Shown here one piece after another: positions 50,138 to 62,999 of a DNA stretch of 64,000 nt (positions within the stretch are counted from its first letter, which is position 1; every line of letters starts with the position of its first letter). The notes beneath the pieces were generated by a model. The model did no database searches. It saw nothing but the letters and a program-made list of their open reading frames with translations, and was not told the DNA's origin. The position numbers and the translations under genes are program-made. The DNA lies in the NCBI GenBank assembly GCA_951406725.2, contig OX597825.1, positions 24,118,001 to 24,182,000 of the forward strand. The letters are read 5' to 3'. This DNA is from Octopus vulgaris. Lineage: Eukaryota.

Positions 50138-51284
50138 CATATTTCTAAGTTACACAGTATTAAATACAAAACTACTATATTCAACAAAGAAACTACCACC
50201 TAGTGACAACGACTACGAATAAATATTTGAAAAACAAAAAAAAAGCAACACGAAAAAAAACCCCAATGAAATAAATAATACAGATCAGATGGTTTATTAA
50301 AACGGGTGACACCTCTCTCTCCCTCTCTCCCTCTCTCTCTCTCTCTCTCTCGATAATGTTTCTTCATTTTGTAACTAAAGCAAAACACATTCGTTCTAAC
50401 CTCACCAACTGAAATCTTCTGGCTATTTTATATATATTATATTTATTTTATTTATTTTAGCACAGAAGTAAAAATTTTTAAAAATACTAAATAAATGAAA
50501 ATTTAGAGAGGGAAATATTGGCTGGTGTAATTTCCTGAAATATTGTTTAAGATAATTGAAAAAGTCCGTTCTCTAACAGTACAACGCTGTTGAAAATAAT
50601 AATTACTACGTCATATTGTTTAGTTATATAGCTAAAGGCTTAAATATGGTGAAGTTTGAATTCAGAGCGCAGAGGAGCTGATAACGATTCCTTATTCAAT
50701 AATATTGCTATGGACGTTTATAAAATAACAATTATGATAAATGAAAACGGATGCTTTATATATTGAATCATATCATATGCTTGTCTTGGTTTTTTGTTTC
50801 ATTGGTCCTCCAGAAGAATATAAAGAATATAAAAAAAGGCGACCTTGGAAGAATTTGAACTTAGTCAAGTGTTAATAACAGCAATAATAATTCTGTCTAA
50901 TTTTGGCACACAAGACAAGGCAAATTTTAAAGGAGAATTACATCGACCTCGATACTTGACTGGTACTTTATTTTATCGACGCCAAAGGGCAAAGTTAAGC
51001 TCGGCAGAATTTGAGCTCATACCATAAAGCTTGAAAAAATGTCGTTAATACTAAAAATAATGACTTTTTCTGCTATGAGCACAAGTAATGAAATTGCGTG
51101 GGGTGGAGTGGGAGGTTAGTCGACTATATCGAAAAGTGCTCGACTGGCACTTTTTCATTCATTTGACAGAATGAACGATAAAGTCAACTTCGATAGAATT
51201 TGAACTCAGAACGTAAAGACGGACGAAATGCGTTAAGCATTTTACCCGCCGTTCTAACGCCGCCTTAACACTAGTAATTATCTT

Positions 51285-52050
51285 TTCTTCTCTAGGCACA
51301 AGGCCCGAAATTTTGGGGGAGTGGGGGAGTGGGGGATGCTGTTGAGTAGATCGACCCCAGAACGTAACTGGGCAAAGTCGAACCCAGAACGTAAAGACAG
51401 ACGAAATACCTATTTCTTTACTACCCACAAGGGGCTAAACACAGAGGGGACAAACAAGGACAGACACACGGATTAAGCCGATTATATCGACCCCAGTGCA
51501 TAAGTAGTACTTATTTAATCGACCCCGAAAGAATGAAAGGCAAAGTCGACCTCGGCGGAATTTAAACTCAGAACGTAACGGCAGACGAAATACCGCTAAG
51601 CATTTCGCCCAAAATACCGCTAAGCATTTCTTATTTCTTTATCGCCCATAAAGGGCTAACCCTAAAGGGGACAAACAAGGACAGACAAAAGAATACAGTC
51701 GATTACATCGACCCAGTACGCAACTTGTACTTAGTTTATCGACCCCGAAAGGATGAAAGCAAAGTCGACCTCGGCGGAATTTGAACTCAGATCGTAACGG
51801 CAGACGAAATACCTATTTCTTTACTACCCACATGGGGCTAAACACAGAGAGAACAAACAAGGACAGACAAACGGATTAAGTCGATTACATCGTCCCCAGT
51901 GCGTACCTGGTACTTAATTTATCGACCCGGAAAGGATGAAAGGCAAAGTCAAAGTCAACCTCGGCGGAATTTGAACTCAGAACGTAACGGCAGACGAAAT
52001 ACCGTTAAGCATTTCGCTCGACGTGCTAACGTTTCTGCCAGCTCGCCGCC
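51285..52050 (-). mobile_element. SINE family B, head-to-tail array (three bodies plus a partial copy with the other tail type)
   Basis: Repeated tatttcttta..ccca..ggggctaa tails at about 51411, 51632 and 51814; single head ending at 52050. Confidence 0.88.
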
Positions 52051-52921
52051 TTTTTTCCGATTGAAGAAAATACCTTAAGTTTTAATCCGTCTAGTTCTAT
52101 CTCATTCTTATTGCTCATCCCGGATGAAGTAAGTCCTAGTTATTGCGTTACACCGCAGTCCATTTCTTTGCGGTAATCTTTTTCCCTGCAACGATTTTGC
52201 TCTGTGTGTTTCTAAACAGAATCGATATCAATATTGCTTGGATTTTATCATTTTCATTATGAAACAACACACGCAGGCACATACAGATACAGAGAGATAC
52301 ATTCACACTGGGAGGCACAATGAAAACGCATATTTCTAAACTGACATCTATTCTGCAGTGCCAAGAAAAATCCGATCTTCTGAAATATTGAATTTCTCAA
52401 CCTCTAACCACACCTACTCGGAAAAACAAAGTGAATGCGGAATTTGTAACAATAGATATTGTTGGTACGGCCGAGATTCAAGTAAATTCAAATCGACATC
52501 TCTAAAAAAACAAAATCAATTCCTCTCGTAAAAATGCGGCATCGTCTTCATCGTCGTCGTCGTTATCATCAGCATTATCAGTATTATCGTTGTCGTCGTT
52601 ATCAGCGTCATCATAGCGTCCGATATTCCATGCTGACATGGATTAAATTAGTCTAAAGTACAGCATATCACTATTTCTCTCGATCTATAATTTCGTATAG
52701 GATATCCAATATCTCTTGGCTACATCACGTGGTCCAGCATATCGTGCATTCAAACACGTATGAATAAACGCGATCATTTAGGTTTCTTCCCGCTGTTAAT
52801 ACTCCACTGAATATGCGTATTATTATTATTATCATTATTATTATTATTATTATTGTTGTTGTTGTTGTTGTTGTTGTTGTTCTTGTTGTTGTTCTTGTTG
52901 TTGTTCTTCTTCTTCTTGTTA

Positions 52922-53600
52922 AGGCAGTGAACTTGCTGAATCGTTAGCACGCCGGGCGAAATGCTTAGCGGTTGTGAGTTCAAATTCCGCCGAGGTCGAC
53001 TTTGCCTTTCATCCTTTCGGGGTCGATTAAATAAGTACCAGTTACGCACTGGGGTCGATATAATCGACTTAATCTATTTGTCTGTCCTTGTTTGTCCTCT
53101 CTGTGTTTAGCCCCTTGTGGGTAGTAAAGAAATATGTATTTCGTCTGCCTCTACATTCTGAGTTCGAATTCTGCCGAGGTCAATTTTGCCTTTCACCCTT
53201 TCGGGTTCGATGAATTCCAGTTCGATAAGTACCAGTGAAACATTGGAGTCGATGTAACTGACTAGTCCCCTACCCCCAAATTTCAGTACCTGTTGTGTAC
53301 TGGCGTCGATCTTCTCGACTGGCCCTCCCCCAAATTTCCGGACTTGTGCCAATAGTAGAAAGGATTATTATTATTATTATTATTATAAAGGCGGTGATCT
53401 GGTAGAATTGTTAGCCTGTCGGACAAAATGCTTAGCGGCATTTCGTCCGTCATCACGTTCTGAGTTCAAATTCGATCGAGGTGGACTTTGCAGTTCATCC
53501 CTTCGGAGTCGATAAAATAAGTCCTACTTGAGTGCTGGGGTCGATGTAATTGATATACTCCCTCCCTCGAAGCTACTGACCTTGTGCAAAAAGTCGAAAA
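52922..53600 (+). mobile_element. SINE family B cluster
   Basis: Copy with tail type 1 joined to a body with tail type 2, followed by another old copy from about 53390. Confidence 0.8.
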
Positions 53601-53626
53601 CATTTCTACTACTACTGCTACTACTG

Positions 53627-53701
<75 letters not shown>

Positions 53702-54101
53702 GCATCAGTACATTTTTATTGATCCCGAATCACTGAAAGACGAAGATCTCTTTGTAATGTTATTTGGACACAGAGACAAAACAGATATAAGAAAGCATTC
53801 TGACACCCTAGCGAGTCTGCTAATCGACTGGTTTGTGTATGCATGTATGTATGTATGTATGTATGTATGTATGTATGTATGTATGTATGTATGTATGTAT
53901 GTATGTATGTATGTATGTATGTATGTATGTATGTATGTGTGTGGATGTATGAACGTATAGATGGATGATGGATAGATGGACGTATTACATTATCATATAT
54001 TATCGTATACTTATAATACGTGTGTTTGAAAAACTGAAAATAGCGAAAAGAACTGAACACAGCACAAAAACCTTGTTCCATAAGATTTGTGTAAGCCTTT
54101 A

Positions 54102-54360
54102 TCTTTATATATATAAAACTGAGAATGTGTGTCTGTCTGTGTGTTTCCCTAAAACTTGAGAACTACACAACCAATTTCATTCAAATTTTACACATGCCTT
54201 ACTTAGGGTCCGGGGAGTGTCATCGGCAAAAAATTTTTTAACTTCTTGCCTAGAGCGAGCCCATAGCAATATCATATCTTCTCCACTATTTCAGTATTAC
54301 GTGTTAAAAGTGAAACAACGTTTCTCTATTTTATGTCAGATACTTTCACTTTAACAATAA
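54102..54360 (+). mobile_element. Non-autonomous Helitron 5' part (3' end not found)
   Basis: A|TCtttatatatataaaactgagaatgtgtgtctgtc start resembles the other Helitrons in this window. Confidence 0.55.
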
Positions 54361-54780
54361 AAATAATAATAACAATTGAATTATATGTAGTAAGTAATAA
54401 TTAAAATCAAACTAAAGTATAATATAATCGTAACATAACAAAAGTAAAAATAGCAATTGGTATAAAATTGCATCAATGACTTGAACTTGAATTAGTGGTT
54501 GCACATGAATGGGAATAGATTAAAAATAAAATTAGCGTGCAGAAATGGAATAGTCCTACAATTCCAGTCTGTTATATATTTTCAGTATTGTTATCACTAG
54601 CGATATCAAGATATAACTTTGTGTTTTGTATTTTATGTGTAGATGTATATATATAGATGTACATGTAATATGTACACATATATATACACATATATACATG
54701 CACTAGCACTATATATATATATATAGTTGATAATGTTTCATTTATAAAATCTTTCTTCAAATAATGCTAGTATATATATA

Positions 54781-55176
54781 TTCTTTACTCTTTTACTCTT
54801 TTCAATCAATTGACTGTGGCCATGCTAGAGCACCGCTTTTAGTCGAACAAGTCGACCCCAGGACTTATTCTTTGGAAGCCTAGTACTTATTCTATCGATA
54901 TCTTTTGCCGAACCGCCAAGTTACGGGGACGTAAACACAATAGCATGTTGGGCGGGGGGCAAGCACACAAACATATACACACACATGCATATATATATAT
55001 ATATACATATATACGACGGGTTTCTTCCAGTTTCCGTCTACCAAATCCACTCACAAGACTTTGGTCGACCGGAGGCTATAGTAGAAGACACATGCCCAAG
55101 GTGCTACGCAGTGGTACTGAACCCGGAACCATGTGGTTCTTAAGCAAGCTACTTACCACACAGCCACTCCCACGCC
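54781..55176 (-). mobile_element. SINE family A, near full length
   Basis: Tail ttctttactcttttactc to head agccactcccacgcc. Confidence 0.9.
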
Positions 55177-55519
55177 TATATATATATAGTTGATAATGTT
55201 TAATTTATGAAATCTTTCTTCAAATATTATGTCTTTAATGCGAATTTTTTCCTACAATCATGTGTAAATATGTGTGTGCTTGCGCGTGTGTGCGTGCGTG
55301 TGGGTGCATGCCTGTATGTACGTATGTGCGTGCCTGTATGCGCGTATGAGCGTGTGTTCGATCTTAATATGTTTGCTGTGGAACGGTGTTGTATTCTTTT
55401 CAAATAAATATTAATATTCTTTTTAGGCTTGCACACAGTTTAGATTACTATTTGCTGCAATCTTTTACGAAGTTAAAACTAAATAAATTATCCCTTTGGA
55501 GAGGCTTTTATAGGAAAAA

Positions 55520-56690
55520 AAAAAAGGTGAAAACAAATTTTATTATTAAATGAATTTTGCCATCGCTTAGACTGAATATATGGAATTGATAAAGAGTTTC
55601 TGCATTGTACAGAATAAAAATGCAAAGGTCGCATTCACATTAATGGAAGTTTATGGGAAAATGTCACGTAACAAAATCGTTTGCTTTAACTAGTTGTATC
55701 TGCAATGAGGCAGAAACTTTCAAATATTCGTGCGAGGGTTGGTGTCTCTAATGATACCCCGAGGATTGTATTCCAAGAAACAAAAACTGTCTCTCATAGA
55801 CGAAGCAACAGCAATTTTTCCTCCCAAAGTTTTGTTCACCGTCGAAGAAAACGATATGGTAAATTAATTCCACTACCTGTTAATGTAAATGGTATTGTGT
55901 AACGACAACGTTTACATGTAGCATTCATCGGCAAATTCTTTTAGCTTAGATTTCTATTCTGGCAGTGACGAAGGCTGGAGAATGTTTTCATTTTTATGCA
56001 GCGAAAATTTTTTTATCTCTTTTAAGAATACTCGTAAAAGCGGTGCGTGGATGTAGATGGTGCGTTTAAAGTAGTCCCACAACATTCCTATCCACTTTGT
56101 GTTTATATGAATTGTGAAGATCGTGCTTTTCCGATTTTCCAATTATATATATATCTTATATAAAATCCGTTCTGTGTGTGTGTGTGGCTTCTAGGATCTC
56201 GGGCATCCGCCATCCGATTGCGCTCAAATTTGATATGTACATACCGACGGTATCAGGGCGTGTATAAGTCTTGAAAAAATTACAAAAATCGATTCCAGGT
56301 GAGAATGCGATCGATAAAGCCGTGGGAAATCGTTTTTCTTTGGAATAGAAAAAAGTCTATCTTTATTTCTTCTTTTGCTAGTGTCTCAAATTTAGGTTAA
56401 GTGAGTGTTTCTCAAAGGGGAGGCCTATAGGACGGTCGAACAAGTTGTTTTGAGAAAATCTGGTTTAAATGTTTGACAACACAGCACCGTCCATTGGACG
56501 GGGGGCGTTTTGCTCGTATATATATATATATATATATTTAAATAGGTGAATGAATTATCCTATGTTTATCGTCAGCATGGAAAATTCGTTTAGGTTAAAT
56601 CAGTGGAATGAAAACATGTTGTTTTCGAAACATATGTCGAGAGTAAAGGAATTTTGATAACATCTTCGTTCGACTCCATTCTTTCATTTA

Positions 56691-56729
<39 letters not shown>

Positions 56730-57090
56730 ATTTGGGGATGGTCATGTTGCCAGTTTAGCCAATTATTCCGATGACATGTGGATTCGTTACTGTTTGAACC
56801 ATTATGGAAATGATTCTGTTTAATCTAGAATCACGAGATATTTTTGCCTGGGTGATTTACCAAAGATTAATTATTAATTCATGTGAATGGTTGTATCAAG
56901 CTATTCATGTATCGTTGATGTATAATTACACCGACCTTTTATGAGTTTACAGATTTTTCTCAAATTAAAGCAGGACGATACAGAAAAGGAAATATCAAGT
57001 ATTTGGGTGGCGAACGAAGATGTTCCTAAACATTCTAATCATTTAAAGAGCTCATAAAGCAGTCAAAACTAATGATGGGGAAAAAAGACC
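55520..57090 (+). pseudogene. Decayed Mutator/MULE transposase with FLYWCH-like N-terminus, interrupted by a Helitron
   Basis: Manual translation across stops and shifts: FLHCTE*KCKGRIH (about 55597-55640), DGAFKVVP...FPIF (56056-56140, cf. DGTFK..P), DLPKIN/NSCEWLYQA.../PTFYEF (about 56854-56950, cf. PRTNN..EGWH...HP). Confidence 0.7.
56154..56516 (+). mobile_element. Non-autonomous Helitron
   Basis: A|TC start; hairpin ccgtccattggacgg; CTCG|T end (CTAG variant). Confidence 0.72.
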
Positions 57091-57515
57091 GGTTTTGTCT
57101 ATGAAATAGGCATACCTCAGTCTTTTTCGCTTTATTTGTTTTGATATCCTTTAATCAGAAAGGATAACCCATGTCTCCTTATAGATCCACCGAGACTGGT
57201 TATAGGATGAGCAGAAACCATCCTTAAATCGGAAATCTGATTCAAATAGTTGCAACAGATTGGACTCCGCTATAATCATCCAATGTGCCGTTGGAGTTTT
57301 TAAACCGGACGACAGATAATATCTACCACCCAAATTGAACTACAGAAATATAATTAATTTTTAAAAATTATTCAACCAAAAATAACAATAATAATGATAG
57401 ATATTTCGCTACATCCCCTGCTACTTCCTCTCCCTAGGCTTCCAGTTATACTGTAACATTTTTTATCCTTCACTTGCCCGAGGGCGCTGGGTGTGTCTCG
57501 GCAAGTGATTGCAAC

Positions 57516-57725
57516 GCCGTTCAAGAATTTGGATCTGGAGATCTCCATTTCCAGCGACTTCGAGGGCCACCTCCTTATGCTGTCGGGTGTCAGCCAAGAG
57601 CCCTCGACTACAACAAGACGACCAAAGTATTTTTTCCCAAGGTCCGGGGTCTCCCGCCCCTAAGCCCTAGACCATCACCTAATCACCCTTACCCGTCTTG
57701 TTGCTTAACAACAACAACAACAATA
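57516..57725 (+). mobile_element. Short retroposon with (CAA)n tail, containing an HDV-like ribozyme remnant
   Basis: 13-bp duplication aagtgattgcaac at 57503-57515 and 57726-57738; (caa)n tail; internal stems tcgagggc/gccctcga and caacaagacg/cgtcttgttg. Confidence 0.65.
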
Positions 57726-58515
57726 AAGTGATTGCAACAAACACGCGGATTAAAAATAAATAAATGGTGCTGATTGTATATATTTTTGTATCTCAATAAA
57801 TTATTATAATTCCAAAATTTGTTATTCTAGTTCATTTTATTAGATTATATTTTTAACACCAAATGTAGTTTTGCTGGAATGGTCTTGGCGTTGAAGAGTT
57901 CTTATGTTGAATTTTATTGTCTTGGAAATGTCAACAAACCAAGTGGATTAAATATTTGGTAACTTGTTTAAATGTCATTAAATAATCACTGATAGGTCGT
58001 TTACCGCTCCGAAATGATGACAAGGAATTCATTTTCAAATGGCCGAATAGATTAGGTATCCGGCAAGTTACTCAAAGGTCATTATAAGCTTTATAATAAG
58101 ATTTTCTGTCTTGTGGTAGGGATTTATTCTCATTGACTTAAAACTATTAAACCACAGCTGACCACGAACATATAAGAGGCACTCAAATGGATGAAGAATC
58201 AATGGAATTTGAAATTAGAACGTTACCTGCAAAAGACTGACATCTAAAAGAGATCGTGGTAGAAGATTAAAATAAAATCCAAGAAGAGATTTTCGGAATT
58301 TACTCTGTCGTAGTCAAAGACATGTTTAAGCATTAATAAGATTGGAGAATCATTTGCAACATACGAAAGTGTGCAGTCGTTTGTAAAACCAGGAATATTA
58401 AATAAGACCATTTTGAGATAACGTAAAATATTAGTATTCGACGCGTAATTTTGTTTGTGCTCAAGAATTCGAGAATTTATATGAATAAATTTACAAGATG
58501 AAAGTATGGATGTTA

Positions 58516-58620
<105 letters not shown>

Positions 58621-58720
58621 GGCAGAGACAGACAGATATTAGAGATACACGTAGGAATAGAGTTAGATCAATCTTGATTTTGCATGTCTGTGTTAACTCA
58701 CGTGTTTTCTCACATGTAGC

Positions 58721-58763
<43 letters not shown>

Positions 58764-59113
58764 CACTAATAATAGTACACAGGTAAAGGCTTATTTGCAT
58801 GCATGTTACATTTACATGTCTTGTATAAAACGCACTTTTTCTCACATACGTCTACTGACAAACGCACGCACACACACACACATATACACACATACACACA
58901 GACACTTATATGCACACTCATTTACATACATGCAGAAATATCCTTTTAAAAACGTTATGCACGACGCAGCTCTGTAGACACATACGGTATACACTCAATC
59001 TCAATAATCCCAAATGCAGTTTACCAGGAATTCACGCAACCGTTGTGTAAATCCGAAAACTTTTAAGCTATGACAAATCAATTCTTACTTCGCAACAATA
59101 TGTTATCACAAAT

Positions 59114-59167
<54 letters not shown>

Positions 59168-60126
59168 TCAAGCACTTAATTCCCTCTTCTCGTTATTTTA
59201 TTGAATTATTTTTAAGAAGCAGAAACAATTTTTGAAGAATGTGAAATATAAAAAGGAAAATTACTGAATAGTCAATACATTAAGACATTAAGACAAAAAT
59301 AGTATAAATAATCTCGAAGTTTGTTTACAGACCATGTTGGCAATAGTAAATACTCTAATTAGTTATCTGATGTGACATTGCTATCGCAGCTGAAAAAAAT
59401 GATAGTTTACTTTGGTCATTGACTTTCTCACCCAAAGACTACAAATTAATTACCAGAGAGCAAGTGGTGTTCAGTAAACAAGGCACCAACAGCAAAAGAC
59501 AAACAAAAGACTGTTATGCGTCGGTATTGCGTTAACGGTACCAAAACATTGTCACGACATAAACGTTTGCTCCCAAGATGTTACTGGACACATAAGTGAG
59601 GTAAATAACATACTTAACGTAATTTTAACTGCGCCATCTCTCAATCTCTCCTTTTCGCTCTATCTCTCTCGTTCTCACCCGCCCTTCTCACACACACAAA
59701 GAAATTGTTTTCCGAGCACTTGTGGAGTTCACTATCTAATGGTAATAAATGGTCAAGTTTACTGCTTATTCTAATAATATTGCAACTTCCAGATTATGAA
59801 AATAGCATTCAGATAAACTAAATACCCTCACACTAACACACACATACATACACATACATACACCTTCTCGTACAAACATACATGAACACATACGCACACG
59901 CACATACACACGGATGTATATATAATCTTACAGACGGAGCTTCGAAATATTGCCAGAAGTGGGTGACGTCAGATGGATCACGCCATCTACTGGCAAAATG
60001 TCGAGGTTACTGTCAATAAAATTATTAATATCCAAATCTACACATGAAGAAACTTCCTTCTTTGGTTAATGTTCAGAAAGGTTATGCTTCTAAAAACATG
60101 CATTCGTATGTATGCATGTATGTATC

Positions 60127-60185
<59 letters not shown>

Positions 60186-60223
60186 TTTTATGTATGGTCT
60201 TGGCGTTGAAGAGTTGAAGGCAA

Positions 60224-60395
60224 GGCGTAGGAGTGGCTGTGTGGTAAGTAGCTTGCTTACGAACCACATGATTCCGGGTTCAGTCCCACTGCGTGGCACC
60301 TTGGACAGGTGTCTTCTACTATTGCCTCAGGCCGACCAAAGCCTTATGAGTGGATTTGGTAAACCGAAACTAAAAGAAGCTCGTCGTATATATGT
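60224..60395 (+). mobile_element. SINE family A, 5' half
   Basis: Head through gaagctcgtcgtatata, then unrelated sequence. Confidence 0.85.
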
Positions 60396-60682
60396 ATATG
60401 TAGGGTTCTTACGAACTAACCCTGAAATCGGTCCGATATGGTAATAATGGAATTTTTTAGAAATTTCTGTCGACCTTTTTTAGAGTAGCGTGCGTATTGT
60501 GAAAAATTATATGGTTATGGACAATAGTTCCAATTTCGGCATATTTGGCATTAGAAATTTTTTCGTTTGCCCTTATTTATAAGTTGTTAATAATTTTAAC
60601 CTTTAAAGGATTTTTTAATATGCTGACCATTGACAAAATATTTTTTCGAAAAAATCTTATCCTACATTAAATATATATATAA

Positions 60683-60736
<54 letters not shown>

Positions 60737-60738
<2 letters not shown>

Positions 60739-61390
60739 CGGGAAGCTTTATGAAAATAAACAAAAGACGAAGGCAGGTGGAAAACAAACGAACAATTGTA
60801 TTAGTATGGCGCTCAGGAAATATAAATAAAACAAGTCTTTAACGTTTCGAGCCTACGCTCTTCAACAGAAAGATACACAGAGAGAGAAAAACACAGAAAG
60901 AAGGAGAGAAAAAAAATGCGTGCAGTAGCTAACGAATCAACATGGCGATCTGATTTCGGCCAGAGGTCAAAGATCAAACATGAGACGCGAGAGCGAAATA
61001 AGGGGAGATAATAGGGTTGATAAAAGGGTTGAGGGACCAGCTAATAGTGCGTAGGAGGGGTCTGGATGTGTGTATGTATAGGGTTGGTGTATGTATTAGT
61101 ATGTATAAGGGTGTCGTGTGTGTGTGTGTGTGTATGAAAGAGTATTAGTGCGTAGGATTGGTCTGGACGTGCGTATGTATGGGGTTGGTGTATGTATTAG
61201 TATGTATTAGTATGTATTAGTATGTATTAGTACGTATTGGTATGTATAAGTGTGTGTGTGTGTGTATGAGAGAGTATAAGTGCGTATGCGGGGTCTGGAC
61301 GTGTGTATGTATAGGGTTGGTGTATGTATTAGTATGTACTAGTATGTATTAGTACGTATTAGTATGTATTAGTTGGTGTGTGTATTAGTA
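60737..61390 (-). mobile_element. Hammerhead-bearing element related to 32052-32244, with internal minisatellite
   Basis: Starts at a (TA)n edge; three ~100-135-bp units beginning agtgcgta..ggtctgga near 61045, 61147 and 61279. Confidence 0.7.
60836..60873 (-). ncRNA. Minimal hammerhead-like ribozyme, variant core
   Basis: tcttt-CTGTTGA-A-gagc-gtag-gctc-GAAA-cg-TT-aaaga; 5-bp stem I, palindromic ACGT in place of stem III. Confidence 0.68.
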
Positions 61391-61435
61391 TGGCACATCA
61401 TATGTGATGTGATGTGTAAAGTCATGTGGTGTAGT

Positions 61436-61650
61436 GAGGAGAAGAGGGGGAGGGGGAGAAGAGGGGGGAGAGAAGGGGAGGGGAAGAAGAGGGGGAGGAG
61501 AGGGGGAAGAGGAGATGATGGGGGAGGAGGGGGATGAAGGAGGAAAGAGGGAGAGGGGGAGAGAGGGAGTGAGGGAGCAGAGGGAAGGGGAAGAGGGAGG
61601 GAGAAAGAGGGAAGAAGGGAAGGGGAGTAGGGGTGAAAGGATGAAGGACT
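61436..61650 (+). repeat. G/A-rich polypurine low-complexity tract
   Basis: About 210 nt almost purely G/A with many G3-G6 runs. Confidence 0.9.
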
Positions 61651-61654
61651 GAAG

Positions 61655-61701
<47 letters not shown>

Positions 61702-62403
61702 GCTGGTTACAATTCTCTTTGCATCGTTTTAGCTTCCGAATGATGCCACTCCGCTGGTTTGGTGAGAAGGCCAGCATACCCACTGATCAAAAGGTTTGTC
61801 CATCAGTAGGTTACCCATTTACAGCTAAAAGGACTGAGGCAATTGAAATTAAGTGTTTTGCTCGAGGGTACAAAGCTCCGCTCCGTCTAGGAATCGAACC
61901 CAATGTCTAGTAATCATGAGTGCAACACCCTAACCACTAGGCCACGCGTTTTTTTTCTGTCTTTACGTTCTGGGTTCAAATTCCAGCGCGGTCGACATTG
62001 CCTTACCAAACCTGCCATACACAGATAACTTTAGCTTTATATATACAGAGATATACAAATACGAAGTAACTAAGACTATATTACATTTCTTGTTTTTTAA
62101 TCAGCTTTGAACGTTCTAATAATCAGTAGAACTATTTTACACATCAATCGACATGATGGGTTATGCATATAAATTATGTAAATCTATCCAATATGAAAGT
62201 TCTACTAATTATTTCTTCCTATTGAATTATAAAGGTGAGAAATGATTAGTAGAAGTTCCATTTAATAGCATAGGGATTCACATAATTTATATGCATAACC
62301 CAACATGTTGATTGATGTATAAAATTCTACTTAAATTCTTATTATTCAAACGAACTTCACTGATTAAAAATATGTATGCCATTACTTTCATTCCTTCGTT
62401 TAT

Positions 62404-62434
<31 letters not shown>

Positions 62435-62999
62435 TGGGGGGGGGGGGTACATGCATACACATTTATATAAATGTATGTATGCATATAAGTATGTACGCTG
62501 AAATTTATTCATGTTTGTGTGACGGATAACGTAGAAGTCGCTTGTGTAACTAACATACATTGCGAAACAGCTGTTAACTAAGAGAATAAACATCTAATTC
62601 TCTCTCTTTACTTTTCTTATCTGATCAAGTCACACACACACACACACACACATACGCACAAACACACATACACATATTCTATTTTCCATCGGTCATTAGA
62701 CTTCGGCCATGCTGGGGCACCACCTTGAAGAATTTGTAGTCGAATGAATCAACCACAGTACTTATTTCTTTGAAGTTCGGTATTTATTCTATTGCACACT
62801 TTTGCTGAACCGCAAAGTTAAGGGAACGTAAACAAACCAACACCGGTTGTCAAAATGTGGCGGAGGACAAACACAGACACAACGACACACTTTCAGTTTC
62901 TGTCTATCAAATATTAGAAGTCACTTGCTATGCAGTCGGATTGAACACGGAGCCATGTAACTTGGAAGTAAGTTTCTATACTAGATTCAACTACTTACC

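Noticed and set aside
57900-58500. Possible decayed transposase (also 15780-16350 and 17600-18100)
   Set aside because: Coding-like composition but I could not recover a diagnostic motif by eye.
60400-60664. Possible MITE with tagggt/atccta ends
   Set aside because: Inverted match too short and no TSD.
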